NCBI GenBank assembly: GCA_041914905.1
Contig: JAYSCL010000001.1
Coordinates: 43,917-107,916 of the forward strand
DNA: 64,000 nt
From: Enterobacterales bacterium
Lineage (GTDB): Bacteria > Pseudomonadota > Gammaproteobacteria > Enterobacterales > Permianibacteraceae
Direction: 5' to 3'
Position numbers and translations under genes: made by a program. Shown one piece after another: positions 60,203 to 64,000 of the stretch; positions within the stretch are counted from its first letter, which is position 1; every line of letters starts with the position of its first letter. The notes under the pieces are model-generated. The model was not told where the DNA came from. It saw only the letters and a list, made by a program, of their open reading frames with translations, and ran no database searches.

Positions 60203-61491
60203 CGATCTTGTCTTGGGGGCGTATTAATCGTGCACCACAAACAACGATCACATTACATGATCGGAAACAACGGTTATCTCCATTGGCAGTACCAGGTATT
60301 GCTTATGGCATGGGGCGCAGTTATGGCGATCAATGTTTTAATCGCAACGCAACAGTGTGGTTGACGCGCGGTCTTGATCGTTACATCGCGTTTGATGCAA
60401 ACAAAGGGCGTTTGCGTTGCGAAGCCGGTGTAGTGTTGCGCGATATACAACGCCTGTTTATGCCACGAGGCTGGATGTTGCCGGTTGTACCAGGAACGCA
60501 ACTGATCACGGTAGGCGGCGCTATCGCCAACGACGTGCACGGAAAAAATCACCATGGTTACGGCACTTTTGCCCACCATATTACGGAACTGGTGCTGCTT
60601 CGTACTAGCGGTGAGCGAATGATCTGTTCGCCTACCCAGAATAGCGATTGGTTTAATGCAACGATTGCTGGTATGGGTTTAACCGGACTGATTATTGAAG
60701 TGGAATTGCAACTGCGGCGGGCGAACAGTTTGTGGTTGGACACTGAAACCCTCACTTATCAAGGGTTGGACAATTTTTTTGCGTTATCGCAGAAAAAAAG
60801 CGCCGATTGGGAACACACCGTGTCGTGGTTCGATTGCACGCGTGCGCAGCAGATCAGAGGGGTGTTTTTGTCAGCATCGCCTAGTGCGACACCACCTCAA
60901 GAGCGGCCGTCGCCACGACACGCGAAAACGTGGCCGTTCGAACCACCGTTGTCTTTGATGAATCGTGCCTCACTGGCGCTACTAAACAACGTTTATTACT
61001 GGTCAAAGCGACATCAAGCAGCGCAAAAATTGGCCGATTACGAATCCTTCTTGTTTCCGCTTGATGCGATCGACGGGTGGAACCAGATCTATGGCCCCAA
61101 CGGTTTTTATCAGTATCAATGTGTTCTACCAAATGATGGCGCGCGTGAAGCCGTAATGGAAATTGTGAACACGATTGCGCGCGCAAAAGCGGGTTCTTTT
61201 TTAGCCGTGTTAAAAACATTTGGTGATCGCCCTTCGCGTGGCATGCTCAGTTTCGCGCAAGCAGGTGTCACGCTTGCGCTGGATTTTCCAAATCAAGCGC
61301 AGCACACAATGAGGCTGTTTTCTCGATTGGATGCAATCGTGCAAGCGGCGAAAGGCAAACTGTATTTAGCCAAAGATGGTCATATGTCGCGAGCACTATT
61401 CGAATCGACATATGAACATATCGATCAATTTAAACGGTATCGCGATCCGGGCATTAGCTCGTCGATGTCGCAACGTTTGATGGGGTTCTAA
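60199..61491 (+). CDS. FAD-linked oxidase resembling DprE1 (decaprenylphosphoryl-beta-D-ribose 2'-oxidase).
   Basis: It has a PCMH-type FAD-binding domain (GMGRSYGDQCFN...VVPGTQLITVGGAIANDVHGKNHHGYG). It is 430 aa. Confidence 0.6.
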   Translation: MTILSWGRINRAPQTTITLHDRKQRLSPLAVPGIAYGMGRSYGDQCFNRNATVWLTRGLDRYIAFDANKGRLRCEAGVVLRDIQRLFMPRGWMLPVVPGTQLITVGGAIANDVHGKNHHGYGTFAHHITELVLLRTSGERMICSPTQNSDWFNATIAGMGLTGLIIEVELQLRRANSLWLDTETLTYQGLDNFFALSQKKSADWEHTVSWFDCTRAQQIRGVFLSASPSATPPQERPSPRHAKTWPFEPPLSLMNRASLALLNNVYYWSKRHQAAQKLADYESFLFPLDAIDGWNQIYGPNGFYQYQCVLPNDGAREAVMEIVNTIARAKAGSFLAVLKTFGDRPSRGMLSFAQAGVTLALDFPNQAQHTMRLFSRLDAIVQAAKGKLYLAKDGHMSRALFESTYEHIDQFKRYRDPGISSSMSQRLMGF

Positions 61492-61492
61492 G

Positions 61493-62239
61493 ATGCCAAA
61501 ACGAATTGTTATTGTAGGCGCCACATCGGCGATAGCGGAACATTGTGCCAGGTTATGGGTACAAGAATCCGGCAGTTCGATGGTTTTACTCGGGCGTGAT
61601 AATGCAAAGCTTGAGGCGGTGGCCAATGATCTGCGTGTGCGACAGGTAACAGCGCGCATCGATACGATTGTATGTGACTTTTTTGATCCAATGGCGATTG
61701 CGAAAACGGTTACCGAAATAGCCCAACAAGGTCAAATCGACATCGTTTTGATTGCACACGGCCACTTGTCCGATCAACAGGAATGTCAGCAGGATCTCGC
61801 AGAACTAAACCACGCACTACAGATCAACGCGGTGTCCCCCGTGCTTTTTGCCGAAGCGTTTGCCGCACAGTTACAACGTCAAAGCCACGGCCAATTGGCC
61901 GTGATCGGCTCGGTTGCGGGTAATCGTGGGCGTCAATCCAATTACGTTTATGGCGCTGCCAAAGGTTTAATCGCTCGGTATGTTGAAGGTATGCAACATC
62001 GATTCGCTCACAGCAATGTCCATGTTAGTCTAATAAAACCAGGACCAACAGATACACCGATGACGGCAACGCTTAAAACACAGGGTGTTGCATTGGCACC
62101 GGTGGAAAACGTGGCACAACAAATTGTCCACGGCATTGAAAAGAACAAACCAGTCATTTATGCACCAGCCAAATGGGCGCTGATTATGCTGATCATTCGT
62201 CATCTTCCGCGCTTCGTATTTAATCGCATGAAAATTTGA
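61493..62239 (+). CDS. Short-chain dehydrogenase/reductase resembling DprE2 (decaprenylphosphoryl-2-keto-ribose reductase).
   Basis: The SDR motifs are RIVIVGATSAIAEHCA and YVYGAAKGL (YxxxK). It lies 1 nt after the DprE1-like gene. Confidence 0.55.
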   Translation: MPKRIVIVGATSAIAEHCARLWVQESGSSMVLLGRDNAKLEAVANDLRVRQVTARIDTIVCDFFDPMAIAKTVTEIAQQGQIDIVLIAHGHLSDQQECQQDLAELNHALQINAVSPVLFAEAFAAQLQRQSHGQLAVIGSVAGNRGRQSNYVYGAAKGLIARYVEGMQHRFAHSNVHVSLIKPGPTDTPMTATLKTQGVALAPVENVAQQIVHGIEKNKPVIYAPAKWALIMLIIRHLPRFVFNRMKI

Positions 62240-63909
62240 TTCTGATGTTCGTCAGCACACGCAACACAACCGTTTTGACCAGTGCCCGGCCCCCGTGGTT
62301 TTGGCCACTGCTGTTCTTAACTCCCATTCTTTTTTGCCTCGTTTTTGCCTTTTACGGTTGGTCACAAGGTGACGATGGCTTTATTCTGGGTTACAGCTGG
62401 CGCCTATTTAACGGAGAGGAACCGTATCGCGATTTCATCTATGTGCGACCACCCTTGTCGCCGTTGCTGCATTCGTTCTATTTTTACATCCTACCCGATC
62501 AATACATCTATCTGGCGAGTCGTATTTTTGTTGTGTTGCAGCTGTATATCTACTCGCTGTTAGCCGCCAAATTGTTGTTTGCGGTATCACCGGTTGACGA
62601 TCATGAATGGCAACAATGGTTGCAATGGGGCTGTCTCGGCTTTTTTGTGTCCGCCACGGCGTTTACACCGATGCCTTGGCACACGATCGATGGCGTATTG
62701 TTTGCGGTGCTGTCGTTCTATTGGCTGACTAAACCGTTGCGCGTTTCCACGATATTGTCCGCGTTGTTTCTGTTGTTGGCGCTGCTAACCAAACAATCAT
62801 TTTATCCACTGTTACCGCTGTTTCCTCTGCTGCTGCTATTGCAACGTCGCTATCAAAGCGCAGGAATTTGGCTAAGCACTTTTGTCATAGCGGGTTCCGC
62901 ACTGTATGTTTTCCCATCCACCGCAACTATGCTTGCTCGCTTTCACGAGCTGACAATCGGGATCTCGGCGCCAAACGACGCGATACAAGCCGGTGTTTTC
63001 GCCTACCTTGAATCGCCGCTGCGACTGATTGCATTGACCGTTATTTTCACTACGGTGTTCTTTTTTTTCGCGCGTAAACGTCAGCGCTCACCGCAGATGT
63101 TGCACTATTTTCTAATCCTATTGAGTGTCGCACTTGCCCTTAGCGTTTATCTGCAAATAAAAGGTGATGGCTGGCTGAGTCAACGCAGAACAGGGTTGAT
63201 GCATGCACTATTAATCATGAATGTTATCGCGATGATTCATTTTTGGCAGCAGCAACAAAAAGAATTAGCGGTGCGGTTATGTGCGCTGACGGCGATTGCA
63301 TGGTGTGCCAGCATTAGCTGGGGATTTCAGACGCCGGTTTTATTTTCGACACCACTGATCGTAGGCGCTTATACCTATTGTTTGCAGCAATCGGTCTTAA
63401 CGCCGGCGACCACGCTTTTGTTGCGACGCTGGGTAATCGCATTATTGGTGGCACTCGCTTTGGTGATCGCGTGGCAACCGTATGGTGATCGCAATCGTGA
63501 TGAATTAAGCTGCCATTTGGGGACCGTATCGCCGAAACTGTTTGGGATTAAATCGCACGCTGAAGCCTGCCGTAAGCTCGACGAAGCAAAGCGGTTGGCC
63601 GAACAACTTGACCAAGCAACGGCCTTTTTGCCTGCGTTTGATCTGGCGTATTTCCTCTTCGATCGTCACAATCCGCTGCCATTGGATTGGCCGATGGTGG
63701 CCGAGATCGGCAATGCCAACGCCCAAACGCTAAAAGCATTGACAGACAAAACGCGTTTTGTCGTCATCGATCGGGCCGCACTCGCACGCAACGACGAAAT
63801 CGGCAGCGACAATCGTTTTTATGTACCGATGGTGACGCTGGTTCAGCAAACCTGGAAAAAGACGCACAGCGGAAACTACTACGATGTGTACCAAAATCCC
63901 GGTCTTTGA
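62236..63909 (+). CDS. Polytopic membrane glycosyltransferase (GT-C fold; candidate arabinofuranosyl- or other lipid-linked-sugar transferase).
   Basis: It is 557 aa with more than 10 TM helices. An N-terminal DD-containing loop (GWSQGDDGFILGY) is typical of GT-C enzymes. It overlaps the DprE2-like stop (ATGA). Confidence 0.45.
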   Translation: MILMFVSTRNTTVLTSARPPWFWPLLFLTPILFCLVFAFYGWSQGDDGFILGYSWRLFNGEEPYRDFIYVRPPLSPLLHSFYFYILPDQYIYLASRIFVVLQLYIYSLLAAKLLFAVSPVDDHEWQQWLQWGCLGFFVSATAFTPMPWHTIDGVLFAVLSFYWLTKPLRVSTILSALFLLLALLTKQSFYPLLPLFPLLLLLQRRYQSAGIWLSTFVIAGSALYVFPSTATMLARFHELTIGISAPNDAIQAGVFAYLESPLRLIALTVIFTTVFFFFARKRQRSPQMLHYFLILLSVALALSVYLQIKGDGWLSQRRTGLMHALLIMNVIAMIHFWQQQQKELAVRLCALTAIAWCASISWGFQTPVLFSTPLIVGAYTYCLQQSVLTPATTLLLRRWVIALLVALALVIAWQPYGDRNRDELSCHLGTVSPKLFGIKSHAEACRKLDEAKRLAEQLDQATAFLPAFDLAYFLFDRHNPLPLDWPMVAEIGNANAQTLKALTDKTRFVVIDRAALARNDEIGSDNRFYVPMVTLVQQTWKKTHSGNYYDVYQNPGL

Positions 63910-64000
63910 TCAGCAGAATTGACCAGCAAAAACGGTGATATGAGCAATCCCCCAGGTGTTGTCCTGATCCAGTTAAGGGAAAAAGAAGTGCCGTATTCAT

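Overview
This window has three parts. It looks like gammaproteobacterial DNA with roughly 50-55% GC.

Left part (1-15.5 kb): ordinary or accessory chromosome.
- A secreted HEXXH zinc metalloprotease, truncated at the window edge.
- Monomeric NADP-isocitrate dehydrogenase.
- A low-GC orphan lipoprotein.
- A GbsR-regulated membrane/redox operon.
- An S41-peptidase/beta-lactamase-like fusion lipoprotein.
- A PAE/Notum-family esterase.

Middle part (15.6-47.1 kb): a roughly 31.5-kb accessory island with no recognisable integrase. It is inserted directly 3' of gyrB and is bracketed by two copies of a ~90-bp repeat, one full MITE-like copy (~270 bp) on the left and one truncated copy touching the gyrB stop on the right. 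Its contents form one theme, RNA repair plus NAD+/ADP-ribose handling plus conflict systems:
- A tightly coupled five-gene operon of unknown function: giant HEAT/DUF4132-like protein, MoxR AAA+, DUF5682-like protein, VWA, SWIM.
- A cytoplasmic SPFH protein with an NAD-kinase-like partner, and a HEAT-repeat protein.
- A non-canonical RtcR-controlled unit: divergent rtcR, a sigma54-like promoter, a tRNA-like (Y-RNA-like) element, an SPFH protein and rtcB, with no rtcA.
- A divergent NrtR-controlled pair of operons: nrtR-ADP-ribosylglycohydrolase-macro on one side, pncA-pncB-nadE-orf-kptA(Tpt1)-orf on the other.
- A DUF3010 gene pair.
- A three-gene ABC-3C-type defence operon: Cap4-like effector, middle component, ABC ATPase.

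Right part (47.1-64 kb): the replication-origin neighbourhood and a glycan cluster.
- gyrB-recF-dnaN-dnaA on the minus strand.
- A ~745-bp AT-rich dnaA-rpmH intergenic region (probable oriC) containing a perfect DnaA box.
- rpmH-rnpA-yidC-mnmE on the plus strand.
- A cluster resembling the mycobacterial decaprenyl-phospho-arabinofuranose (DPA) pathway (UbiA-type synthase, PAP2 phosphatase, GtrA, DprE1-like, DprE2-like) followed by a GT-C-type membrane glycosyltransferase.

I saw no rRNA, no CRISPR array and no transposase or integrase.
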